A stretch of DNA of 44,079 nucleotides from a virus (taxonomy: Duplodnaviria > Caudoviricetes). Positions 34,722 to 44,079 of the stretch are shown one piece after another. The DNA is taken from IMG/VR virus record IMGVR_UViG_3300034008_000129, positions 1 through 44,079 of that record. One strand, written 5' to 3'. The notes beneath the pieces are model-generated. The model was given only the letters and a program-made list of their open reading frames with translations. It was not told the origin of the DNA and did no database searches. Each line of letters opens with the position of its first letter. Position 1 is the stretch's first letter. The translations under genes and the position numbers were made by a program.

Positions 34722-36142
34722 CAGCGAAGCCCCCCGGCGCTGTAGAAGTCATCGCTGCGCACAGCCGCGTTCGCGCCGAAGAACCAGCCCCACGACTTGC
34801 CTGTCGGGCCGCTGCGCCGCTTGGGAACCAGGAACTCGATCTTGTTGCGGACCGCGTCCATGTCGGTGCGCCATTGATCATGCTTGGTGCCGAACTTGTC
34901 TTCGGGCTCAGCCCGGCGCAGGTACTCCTCTTCGCGGTAGACGAACAGGATCAGGTCCGCGTCCTGCTCGATCTGCCCGGAGTCGCGGAAGTCGGATGGC
35001 ATCGGGCGCTTGTCCGGCCGCTTTTCCAGATCCCGGCTCAGCTGCGCCACGGCGATGACGACGAGGTTCTCGGCCTTGGCGAAGCCCTTCAGGCCGATGC
35101 TGACTTCACTAGCATGCTCGTAGGGCGACATGCCCTTGCGGCTGTGCGCCATCAACTGGAGGTAGTCGACGATGACGAGCTCGAGCCTCTCCCCGCGAGC
35201 CGCCAACCTCCGCTTGTGCGCGCGGGCCTGCCGGATCAGCTTCGAAAGGGTCAGGCCGGAGGTTTCGTTGATCTCCAGCGGCAGCTCGTCAAGGCGCTTC
35301 TTTGCCGCGATCACCGCGTCGAGATCGGAGCCGCGCACCGTGCTGTCCCGGACGTCGGCATAGGCGACGCCGCCCCGCTGTGAGAAACACATGTCGGCAA
35401 GAATGCGGCGGGTGAGTTCGTCGGCGCTCATCTCAAGCGAGAAGATCAGGACAGGATGCCCGAGCTGAGCGGCGCCCAAAGCATAGGAAGTCGCCGCGGA
35501 GGTCTTCCCTTGGCCGGGGCGCCCCCCCATCGCCAGCATGTTGGAAGGCCGCAGCGTACCGAGCACCTCGTCGAGTGAGCGGATGCCGCATCGGACGCCG
35601 ACGATCGGCTTGCCGAAGCTGTCGATTACAACCTGCGCATAAGCGCCGACGGACGCCTGCTGGGTGACCGTCTGCTCCGCAAGCTCGCCCACCGCCTCGT
35701 CTGCGTTAGCGACCAGTTCCTCCTTGCTGATGGTGAGGTTCCGAGCGGACACGATCACGTCCTGCAATCCCGCCACCAGCCTCCGACGGCTCGACAGCAT
35801 CGTGATCTGGTCGAAGTAAGCCTTGGTGCGCGCCTTCGGACCGGCGTTCAGCGCCGCCGCGGACAAGATCGCATAGGTGCGCGTCCAATCCGGCTCGTCG
35901 GTGAAGTGCGGCGCGAGCGTTACCGCATCGACCACCGTGCCCGCGGCGGATTGCTCCAGCATCTTGCCGTAGACCCGACCGTACAGCGGCACCGAGAAGT
36001 CGCCGGGGCGGCACCGGTCTGCGACAAGGTCGATCAAGGCGTTGTTGTTGATGAGGTCGCCCAGAATGCCGATCTCGGCTTCGATGTTCTGGAGCGCGGT
36101 GCTCTCACCCGAGGCGAGTTGCTCGTCAAAAGCGCCGCTCAT
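34721..36142 (-). CDS. dnaB: DnaB-like replicative helicase
   Basis: GGRPGQGKT, FSLEM, IVDYLQL, AQLSR and DSGQIEQDAD motifs. Confidence 0.95.
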   Translation of the reverse strand: MSGAFDEQLASGESTALQNIEAEIGILGDLINNNALIDLVADRCRPGDFSVPLYGRVYGKMLEQSAAGTVVDAVTLAPHFTDEPDWTRTYAILSAAALNAGPKARTKAYFDQITMLSSRRRLVAGLQDVIVSARNLTISKEELVANADEAVGELAEQTVTQQASVGAYAQVVIDSFGKPIVGVRCGIRSLDEVLGTLRPSNMLAMGGRPGQGKTSAATSYALGAAQLGHPVLIFSLEMSADELTRRILADMCFSQRGGVAYADVRDSTVRGSDLDAVIAAKKRLDELPLEINETSGLTLSKLIRQARAHKRRLAARGERLELVIVDYLQLMAHSRKGMSPYEHASEVSIGLKGFAKAENLVVIAVAQLSRDLEKRPDKRPMPSDFRDSGQIEQDADLILFVYREEEYLRRAEPEDKFGTKHDQWRTDMDAVRNKIEFLVPKRRSGPTGKSWGWFFGANAAVRSDDFYSAGGLR

Positions 36143-37125
36143 GCCCGGATGCCCCGGAGCTGATCGTTCCAATCCTTGAACCCGTCACCCGGCGCGATCG
36201 CCCGTACCGCAAGCCCTCTTTCGCTCAGCGACTCGGCAGCCTTCGCAGCGGCAGCGATCGCAGCCGCGTCATTCTGCCGCGCGAGGATCACCGAGCGGAC
36301 CTCGGGCGGGTAGTCGATCTCGGACATCATGGCGGTGCCAAGGGCGACCCAGATCGACCCGGCAACTGTCTCTTGGGCGAGCGACAGCCCGTCCTCTGGC
36401 CCCTCGCACAACACGATCTCGGCCGGGTTGTGGGTTCGCAGGCGCACCGCCGCGCCCCGAGGACGGCCGAGGCTCAGCTTCGACCGCTTGCCCCAGCGCT
36501 TGTCCGCGCCGTCGTCGCGCAGGAATACACGCTGCAGGCCGACTACGATGCCCAAGTTGTCGGTGCAGGCGAGGACGAGGGCCGGATAGGGCCGCTTCCA
36601 CCGTCCGCTGTCATCCCGCGACGTCGGCACGACGCCGAACCGGAGAGCGGGCGGCGGCTCCATCGTGATCGCGCGGGCTTCCCGAAGGTACACTTCGGCA
36701 GGAGTGCCCGCGACCGGCATGCAGCGATCCCACATGAACTGCGCGTCCGCGATGGCCTCCGCCCGTGCCGCGGCCTCCTCCGCTTTCGCGCGTGCTCGTT
36801 CGGCTGGGTCGACGAAGGGGAGGTCCGCGGCCCCGAGCCACTTAAGGGCATCGACGAAGCCGAGCCGCTCCTCGTGCATGACGTAGGTGACGATGTCGCC
36901 GCCCGCGCCGCAGCCGAAGCAGTAGAATGTACCCTTCGCGTCGTTGAACTGCATGGAGGGGGACCGCTCATCATGGAACGGGCACAGTGCCTTCTTCTCG
37001 CGGCCAGCGCGGATCACCTTGCGGCGACGAGCGGCAACGTCGGTGATGTTGTGCTTCGCCTTCGCCTCGTCGATCGCGCGGCGAAAGGTAGCATCGCGCT
37101 CCGGTGATCCTTTTGGCCGAGACAT
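36139..37125 (-). CDS. DNA primase (CHC2 zinc finger plus Toprim)
   Basis: CPFHDERSPS...FYCFGCG; CEGPEDGLS; KDWND. Confidence 0.92.
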   Translation of the reverse strand: MSRPKGSPERDATFRRAIDEAKAKHNITDVAARRRKVIRAGREKKALCPFHDERSPSMQFNDAKGTFYCFGCGAGGDIVTYVMHEERLGFVDALKWLGAADLPFVDPAERARAKAEEAAARAEAIADAQFMWDRCMPVAGTPAEVYLREARAITMEPPPALRFGVVPTSRDDSGRWKRPYPALVLACTDNLGIVVGLQRVFLRDDGADKRWGKRSKLSLGRPRGAAVRLRTHNPAEIVLCEGPEDGLSLAQETVAGSIWVALGTAMMSEIDYPPEVRSVILARQNDAAAIAAAAKAAESLSERGLAVRAIAPGDGFKDWNDQLRGIRA

Positions 37126-37130
37126 GCCGA

Positions 37131-37358
37131 TCACGCTCGCCCGAGGTAAGCGATCACCTCGTCGGGCACATCGAGCCTTAGCCGCCGGACGGCGTCGAGT
37201 ACCGCTGCTCGTCGCCAGGAGGGAATTGATCCTTTCTGCTTCCACGAAAAGACCGTGCCTAGTGGGCAGCGCAATTCGCGAGCGAACGCCGTAAGGCGAC
37301 CTCGTGGCCCGAGCAGGGTCGCAATCACCGGGTCGGCGGGTGTCTCATATCGGCTCAT
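37131..37358 (-). CDS. Cro-like HTH repressor
   Basis: FARELRCPLGTVFSWKQKGSIP; divergent from CI. Confidence 0.85.
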   Translation of the reverse strand: MSRYETPADPVIATLLGPRGRLTAFARELRCPLGTVFSWKQKGSIPSWRRAAVLDAVRRLRLDVPDEVIAYLGRA

Positions 37359-37367
37359 ACGATACGA

Positions 37368-37397
37368 TTAATATCGGATTTCACTATAAGCACAAGC
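37368..37397 (-). promoter_or_regulatory. Early promoter/operator for the cro-replication operon (PR-like)
   Basis: TTGTGC-N16-TATTAA; 23/30 identical to 38004-38033. Confidence 0.7.
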
Positions 37398-37423
37398 GCA
37401 GATCACCTGCTATTCCCGCGCGC

Positions 37424-37987
37424 ATGTCGAACATTCAGACCGCAGAGCAGCTCATCCAGGCCTTACGCGACAATGGCGTGCCACAACGGGTGATCGCGCA
37501 GAAGCTCCTCCTGTCGCAGTCGGCGGTGTCCGACCTGATGAACGGCAAACGTCAGCTCAAGTGGAATGAGGCTCAGGCAATCCTATCCTTGCTGCCGAAG
37601 CGGCCCGAGCCGCGCGAGGTGCCCGTGATCGGCATGGCTGGCGCAGGCAACTGGGTGGAAGCGATCGAGAACGCGGCCTCTACGCTGACCGTGCCCGGTG
37701 AGTTCGGGGACGCCGGTACGTTTGCCGTCGAGGTTTCCGGTCAGAGCATGAACTTGCTGCTGAAGGAGGGCGCGCTGGCGCTAATCGATCCCGAGGATCG
37801 TAGCCTCTACAACGGGCGCATCTACCTGCTTCGCAATGACGAAGGCGAGGCGACGATCAAGCGCTACCGGACCGACCCGTCGCGCTTCGAGCCGGTATCA
37901 GACGATCCCACGTTCGTACCGTTCGAAACCGGACACACTCGGTTCGATGTGGTCGGGCGTGTGCTGAGCGGACACGTGAAGTTCTGA
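37424..37987 (+). CDS. CI-like repressor (HTH plus S24 autopeptidase)
   Basis: N-terminal HTH; AG cleavage site (MAGAG), catalytic Ser (GQSM) and Lys (TIKR). Confidence 0.92.
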   Translation: MSNIQTAEQLIQALRDNGVPQRVIAQKLLLSQSAVSDLMNGKRQLKWNEAQAILSLLPKRPEPREVPVIGMAGAGNWVEAIENAASTLTVPGEFGDAGTFAVEVSGQSMNLLLKEGALALIDPEDRSLYNGRIYLLRNDEGEATIKRYRTDPSRFEPVSDDPTFVPFETGHTRFDVVGRVLSGHVKF

Positions 37988-38003
37988 AAAACCGGTAAAC
38001 GGG

Positions 38004-38033
38004 GCTTGCGCTTACCGGAAAACCAGATATTAA
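38004..38033 (+). promoter_or_regulatory. Early promoter/operator for the rightward early operon (PL-like)
   Basis: TTGCGC-N16-TATTAA; near copy of the cro promoter; overlaps CCGGTAA/TTACCGG inverted repeat (37992-38018). Confidence 0.7.
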
Positions 38034-38104
38034 CCCTGCTCGTTAGGTAAGCACACCCCAGCCGGGACGCTTCCCTGACAATACTCTTGCAGGGAGGTTG
38101 GCTC

Positions 38105-38329
38105 ATGGCCGCCGAAGCATCCCGCGCACCCTCGGTGCGCGAACAGAAGACTGCGCCTGGCGCATTCCACCGGTTTATCGCAGCAGTCGAGCCCTGGTAC
38201 GATTGGGGCCGCACCTACATCAGCCACATCGACACGGGTGATGAAGGTCCCGGCCGCTTCGTCGAGGTACAGTGGCTCGGATTTAACCTGACCATATTCG
38301 TCGGCCGTACGCCGAAGGCGGTGCGCTGA
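38105..38329 (+). CDS. Hypothetical early protein
   Basis: GGAGG RBS; first gene after the promoter. Confidence 0.6.
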   Translation: MAAEASRAPSVREQKTAPGAFHRFIAAVEPWYDWGRTYISHIDTGDEGPGRFVEVQWLGFNLTIFVGRTPKAVR

Positions 38330-38646
38330 TGACACAGCCCCCCCGTATTCCCGCGCACTCCAGCAGCATGGCGGCGACCGCCGCTGGCAAGTCGGAGTCC
38401 TATTCGCCGCAGCAGATGGTCACCGCCCTCCAGTCATTCAGGTTCGGTGACGTTTGCTCGTTCGACACGAGCGCCGAAGACCTCGCCCACACAGCCTTGA
38501 ACCAGGCCCATGCCCTCCTGATCGCCCTGAGCATCACTGCCGAGGAAGACAGTCAACTGCGTGCGGTCCATCTGCGCGAATGCTTGGATGGTGTCGGCAC
38601 CTTGGTTTCCTTGGCCAAGTTTGCCCTCGAAGGATTGCCCGAATGA
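38329..38646 (+). CDS. Hypothetical early protein
   Basis: Stop/start coupling. Confidence 0.6.
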   Translation: MTQPPRIPAHSSSMAATAAGKSESYSPQQMVTALQSFRFGDVCSFDTSAEDLAHTALNQAHALLIALSITAEEDSQLRAVHLRECLDGVGTLVSLAKFALEGLPE

Positions 38647-38999
38647 GCGCGTCGGCAACCCTCGGCGACGTGCTAGCTGAGCCGTTCGCGCCCCTCGCCA
38701 CGGTAGACGCGGTTCGGCAGATGCAAGAGCGCTTCTCTACGCAGGACGGCTCTTTCGCCGCGTTGTGCATCTTCCTGGTCGCTGGCCGATCAGAAATGAC
38801 GGACGCGCTCAAGAGCGTCGGCGCGGACGAGGCAATGAGCGTCCTAACTGGGCTCCAAGGCATACGGGAGAGCGCCGAACACCTCGCCGCATTGGCGAGG
38901 CAGGCCGAAGCGCGCTCCTTTGTCGCTATGGCCGACGCCTACGACATCCCGCTCGATCAGCTCTTTCCAGCAGACGAACCCGCGGAGGTGGCCGCATGA
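38643..38999 (+). CDS. Hypothetical early protein
   Basis: ATGA coupling on both sides. Confidence 0.6.
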   Translation: MSASATLGDVLAEPFAPLATVDAVRQMQERFSTQDGSFAALCIFLVAGRSEMTDALKSVGADEAMSVLTGLQGIRESAEHLAALARQAEARSFVAMADAYDIPLDQLFPADEPAEVAA

Positions 39000-39286
39000 C
39001 CCAGCGCTGTAGCACCTGCCGCTTTTGGCTGGCCGATGCAAAGTCGGGAGGGTTCGACGAGGAGCCCTTCGCCTTCGGAAAGTGCCGCCGCTTCCCGCCC
39101 GAGATCAGCGATCACATGGCGTCCTCGGCTATCGGTCAGCCTCGCTTTGGTCAGCAGTTCGACCCCGAAGACTTGGCCGATACCCATACGGTCTACAATT
39201 CATGTTTGGTGCCGGTGACCTTCTGTGCCGACTGGTGCGGCGAGTTCGCGTCCGCGCCGCCCCAGCACGAGGGGCAGGGGGTATGA
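38996..39286 (+). CDS. Small 4-Cys protein (CxxC..W, GxC.R.PP, WCGE), Fe-S or Zn binding
   Basis: CSTCRFW...GKCRRFPP...DWCGEF; ATGA coupling. Confidence 0.7.
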   Translation: MTQRCSTCRFWLADAKSGGFDEEPFAFGKCRRFPPEISDHMASSAIGQPRFGQQFDPEDLADTHTVYNSCLVPVTFCADWCGEFASAPPQHEGQGV

Positions 39287-40245
39287 CGCAGCCGCTCAAC
39301 TATACGCCAAAGGCGATCGCCGACCTGCTCGCCTACGAGTGCGCAGGTATGTCGGGCACGGCCGCCGGGCTGCGGTACATCGCCGATAAGCTCAGTATCG
39401 CAGAGGTGTTCATCCTTCGCGATCACGGCCAGCTGCTCGATCGTACCAAGCCGCGCCCGCAAGTGCCCGGAGTGATGTTCCGCCCACCGTTCCCGGTGGT
39501 CGCGCTGGAGTTTGAAGCGAACCCGGCCGAATGGGATGACGCGTTCTATAATCCGACCCGGTGCTCGCGCAGGATCGCCTTGGCGTGGGAGTGGCAGGAC
39601 GATCTGCCGCCGCCGCTGAAGGCCCTCCAGCCGCCGGATATGCGCCCGAGCGTCGTCGTAGCGTCCATCTGCTACCACGACGCCACCGGATCGTGGATGC
39701 CGATGGGTGCCGCGTGCGCCCTCGAATATGACGATGTGTGGCAGCATGAGCCGGTGGCCTCCGACTTCAAGGCGGCGATGATCCAAGCCGGGAGGTTGTC
39801 AAAGAGGGTCGCGTCGGAGCCGGGGCTGAGCGGGACGCTTGTGCATCTGATGCCTGAGTCGGTGCTGCTCGCCTCGCGCCAGTTCGGTATCGCCGCGACC
39901 CTCGACTCGCTCGGCGCCGATCTGATGGACGAGGTAAACGCTTACACCGACCTCTGCTACGCCCTCGCCTGCAAGAACGTCTCGACGCGCGAGCATGGTG
40001 CCCCGAAGTTCCTGAACCGCCAGCGGATCAAGAAGGGCAAGCTCCCCCTGAGGGGGTTCCACGTTCTGGAACTGAACGGCGGAGGCGAGATGCCCGGCGC
40101 GCGCGACAGCGCCGGTGATCGCGCGGGTTGCCGCTCGCACCTGCGCCGCGGGCATATCCGCCGTCTCGGTGCCGATCGCGTGACCTGGGTCAACTCCACG
40201 GTCGTCCGCGGGCGCGGCTTCGTCGACAAGGTGTATGCGGCATGA
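39283..40245 (+). CDS. Conserved phage protein with C-terminal HLRRGH motif (320 aa)
   Basis: LNRQRIKKGKLPL...RSHLRRGHIRR...WVNSTVV. Confidence 0.75.
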   Translation: MTQPLNYTPKAIADLLAYECAGMSGTAAGLRYIADKLSIAEVFILRDHGQLLDRTKPRPQVPGVMFRPPFPVVALEFEANPAEWDDAFYNPTRCSRRIALAWEWQDDLPPPLKALQPPDMRPSVVVASICYHDATGSWMPMGAACALEYDDVWQHEPVASDFKAAMIQAGRLSKRVASEPGLSGTLVHLMPESVLLASRQFGIAATLDSLGADLMDEVNAYTDLCYALACKNVSTREHGAPKFLNRQRIKKGKLPLRGFHVLELNGGGEMPGARDSAGDRAGCRSHLRRGHIRRLGADRVTWVNSTVVRGRGFVDKVYAA

Positions 40246-40532
40246 TGTGCCTCCCCGGTGATACGTGCCGCACCTGCGAGCACTGGAGCAACGAACTGCC
40301 GACGCTCGCCTCGGGGATGCGCCGACCGGCTGGCTCTGACCCTGATAAGGGCTCCTGCCACCGGCTGTCGCCTACCGTGTTCGTCGCTGCGGGCATTCCG
40401 ATGTCGCTGTTCCCGGAGACGCACGCTGAGCAGTTCTGCGCCGATTGGTCGCCGGAACTGCCGGACGATGACGATGGTGGCGGCGAGGAAGCCGACGCGG
40501 ACAACGTCGTGCCGTTCCGAGACGCGGCATGA
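40242..40532 (+). CDS. Small 4-Cys protein, paralogue of 38996..39286
   Basis: CRTCEHW...GSCHRLSP...PET...FCADW. Confidence 0.7.
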   Translation: MMCLPGDTCRTCEHWSNELPTLASGMRRPAGSDPDKGSCHRLSPTVFVAAGIPMSLFPETHAEQFCADWSPELPDDDDGGGEEADADNVVPFRDAA

Positions 40533-40816
40533 GCGCCTTTCAGGATGCGATGACGCGCGTGCTCTGGTTGCAGGCAGAGGAAGTCGCGATTGAGGACGAG
40601 GTCGCGCTCGAAGCCGCGATATGCCGCACGGACGATGCGTTCAAAGCGCTCATGGAGCTGCCTAACGAAAACATCCTGCAAGCTGCAGCGAAGCTGGCTG
40701 CGCTCGCGGCGCAATACGACGTTCCGGGTTGCGGCTGCGACCGTGCGGCGTGGGGTCAGCTCGTCAGCGACATTGTTTCTTTCGCCGGTGCTGAGACGAT
40801 GAAGGCGAGCGCATGA
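40529..40816 (+). CDS. Hypothetical early protein
   Basis: ATGA coupling. Confidence 0.6.
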   Translation: MSAFQDAMTRVLWLQAEEVAIEDEVALEAAICRTDDAFKALMELPNENILQAAAKLAALAAQYDVPGCGCDRAAWGQLVSDIVSFAGAETMKASA

Positions 40817-41016
40817 GCCGCGCCGACTTCGACGTGGTGCCGTTCAAGGGCGAGTACCGCATCCGTCAGGCCGGGCGCCGCCGGGACAGCACCTACGGCA
40901 CCTTCGGCCGGGCGGAAGCTGCCGCGCTGCGGCTCGCCGAGGCGAACCCCGGCGCGACGTTCATCATCACGAGAGAGGAGGCGCGCGTCAGCCGCCGCCG
41001 AGAGGGGCAGCGGTGA
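40813..41016 (+). CDS. Hypothetical early protein
   Basis: AEAAALRLAEANPGATFII motif; coupling. Confidence 0.6.
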   Translation: MSRADFDVVPFKGEYRIRQAGRRRDSTYGTFGRAEAAALRLAEANPGATFIITREEARVSRRREGQR

Positions 41017-41210
41017 GAGGCGAGACCCTGCAACAGGCGATGGAGCGGCTCGCTCGCGATGTCTCCAGCATGCCGATCGTCGGCCGCATCCCGGAACCTC
41101 TCATCGATCCGCTGTTGCGCGCGCAGGGCCTCGCGCACTGGATTGTCCGGCAGCTCGACCAGCGCCGCACCAGCCGCTCCGGCGTCCCGATCACCAGGAG
41201 GAAAGCATGA
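41013..41210 (+). CDS. Hypothetical early protein
   Basis: GTGA/ATGA coupling. Confidence 0.5.
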   Translation: MRGETLQQAMERLARDVSSMPIVGRIPEPLIDPLLRAQGLAHWIVRQLDQRRTSRSGVPITRRKA

Positions 41211-41410
41211 CTGATGCAGACTTCGCCGCCAGCGAGACGCTCGCGAAGCACGCAACGGGGTTCGACAATCATCCCGCGCGTGCCGCCGCCCTGCTCGTCG
41301 GTAGCGCCGCGGCGTTGCTCTTGGCGAACTATCCACCCCGGCTCGGCATCGAGGTGCTGGAGGTGCTGATCAACGATGCCAAGGCCGGATTGCGGGAGAG
41401 CATGCAATGA
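41207..41410 (+). CDS. Hypothetical early protein
   Basis: AGGAGG RBS; ATGA coupling. Confidence 0.6.
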   Translation: MTDADFAASETLAKHATGFDNHPARAAALLVGSAAALLLANYPPRLGIEVLEVLINDAKAGLRESMQ

Positions 41411-41796
41411 CCGCCGACCTTCCGCCGCCGTTCGTCTGTCAGGTCGTCAGGGTGCACGATGGCGACGGCCCGCTCTGGTGCGCCAACGGTCGCAAGGTGC
41501 GGATCGCAGGCGTCCAGGCTCCCGACTTTACCAGCGCAGCCCCGTGCCGCCGACGGCCGCGCGCTACCGCCTACGTCTGCGACGATGCATCCGCACGCCG
41601 CAGCCAAGTGATCGTCTCTCTGCTGGTTCTCCGCCGATCGCTCCGCTGCCAACCCGTCGACCGTAGCTATGGCCGTGTCGTGGCACGCTGCACGCTGCCA
41701 GACGGACGATCCTTATCCTGTGCCGCGCTCGCTGTCGGTGCCGCCGTTCGGTGGGATGCGTACTGGCGCCGTTACCGTATGGGAGAGTGCCGGTGA
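41407..41796 (+). CDS. Thermonuclease (SNase-like) family protein
   Basis: VHDGDG...VRIAGVQAPD...DRSYGRVVARC. Confidence 0.85.
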   Translation: MTADLPPPFVCQVVRVHDGDGPLWCANGRKVRIAGVQAPDFTSAAPCRRRPRATAYVCDDASARRSQVIVSLLVLRRSLRCQPVDRSYGRVVARCTLPDGRSLSCAALAVGAAVRWDAYWRRYRMGECR

Positions 41797-42416
41797 TCGA
41801 CCGCAGCACAGACAACCTGCTGTCGAAGGCGGGCGTGCTCAAGGTGACAGGATTGCCCGCGTTCGCGCTGGACCGCCTAATCAAGCAGGGTCGCTTCCTT
41901 CCTTCGTTCAAGGTGAGCCCGCTCTCGCCGCGGTGGAGGGAGTCGGCTGTCCGCGCATGGATGATCGAGCAGTACGATCCGGCGCTGTCGCTGGAACCAC
42001 CGCCGCCGCGCGCGCCGAAAGGTAGGCGTCGGTTCATCCAGGAAGGCCTGCTCTGTTCGCAGGCACCTGAGCATGATGGTGTGATCCGCTCGCCCACGAA
42101 GCTCAGCCGTCACATCGTTCACGTCGACGACCTCGCGCTGACCGCCACCGGCGTCTACTTTCTCTGGCGCGGGCAGACGATCGTCTACGTCGGCCAGAGC
42201 CGAACAGGCTTCAACCGGATCGCTCAGCATGTCGCCTCTCAGAAGAGGTTCGACGGGGTGAGCTTTGTACGCTGCCCTGCCGCCGATCTCGATCGGGTCG
42301 AGCGCGAATACATCGACGCGCTTCTGCCCGAGTACAACGCCGATGGGATCACCCTCGGCCTGAAGCGACGGCGAACCACCGCGAGGCGGGCGCTGTCCTT
42401 ATCTGGAACAATCTAG
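41793..42416 (+). CDS. AlpA-like HTH fused to a GIY-YIG-like nuclease domain
   Basis: GRFLPSFKVSP..PRWRESAVRAW (AlpA); GVYFL...IVYVGQS...RIAQH...E..YI....PEYN (GIY-YIG). Confidence 0.75.
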   Translation: MIDRSTDNLLSKAGVLKVTGLPAFALDRLIKQGRFLPSFKVSPLSPRWRESAVRAWMIEQYDPALSLEPPPPRAPKGRRRFIQEGLLCSQAPEHDGVIRSPTKLSRHIVHVDDLALTATGVYFLWRGQTIVYVGQSRTGFNRIAQHVASQKRFDGVSFVRCPAADLDRVEREYIDALLPEYNADGITLGLKRRRTTARRALSLSGTI

Positions 42417-42576
42417 GAGAGATCATGACCAGTCTCAGCGATGTGGCGCGCAATTGGTCGCGTGCTACCGAGAAGGGCAAGGGTATTGGCCTCAAGGCCG
42501 ATGTCCTCGACGTGCTGAACGCCATCGGCGTGGGCGAACTCATTCAAACCAAGGCAGCTGAGGAGCAGCGGGACGC

Positions 42577-44079
<1,503 letters not shown>

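Overview
The window is an essentially complete ~44 kb GC-rich temperate siphophage-type prophage with an HK97-fold head. The host is probably an alphaproteobacterium, and the gene content is Sphingomonadaceae-like (inference). It is inserted at the 3' end of a tRNA-Arg(CCG) gene at the right edge; no second att copy was seen, so it presumably lies left of base 1. Reading right to left: a tyrosine integrase whose ORF runs antisense through the tRNA; an early operon of small genes; a CI/Cro switch with two near-identical promoters; primase, DnaB helicase and a DUF1376-type initiator with iterons; a NusG-like antiterminator; two tandem degenerate tRNA-like elements; HNH, terminase, portal, ClpP-type protease and capsid; neck and tail genes with a lambda-type GGGAAAG -1 frameshift; a moron insert; tape measure; tail tip and fibre; a lysis cassette with a GH19 endolysin; a second fibre module; a hicAB operon; a Dam-type methylase; and a divergent HIRAN/YozE module with an alphaproteobacterial LexA box. 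The strongest unexplained signals are non-coding. They are a set of complementary CCCGCGA/UCGCGGG stem-loops around the major tail gene, the two tRNA-like folds in the late leader, and a multi-hairpin methylase leader. All family assignments come from motif recognition by eye, not database searches.
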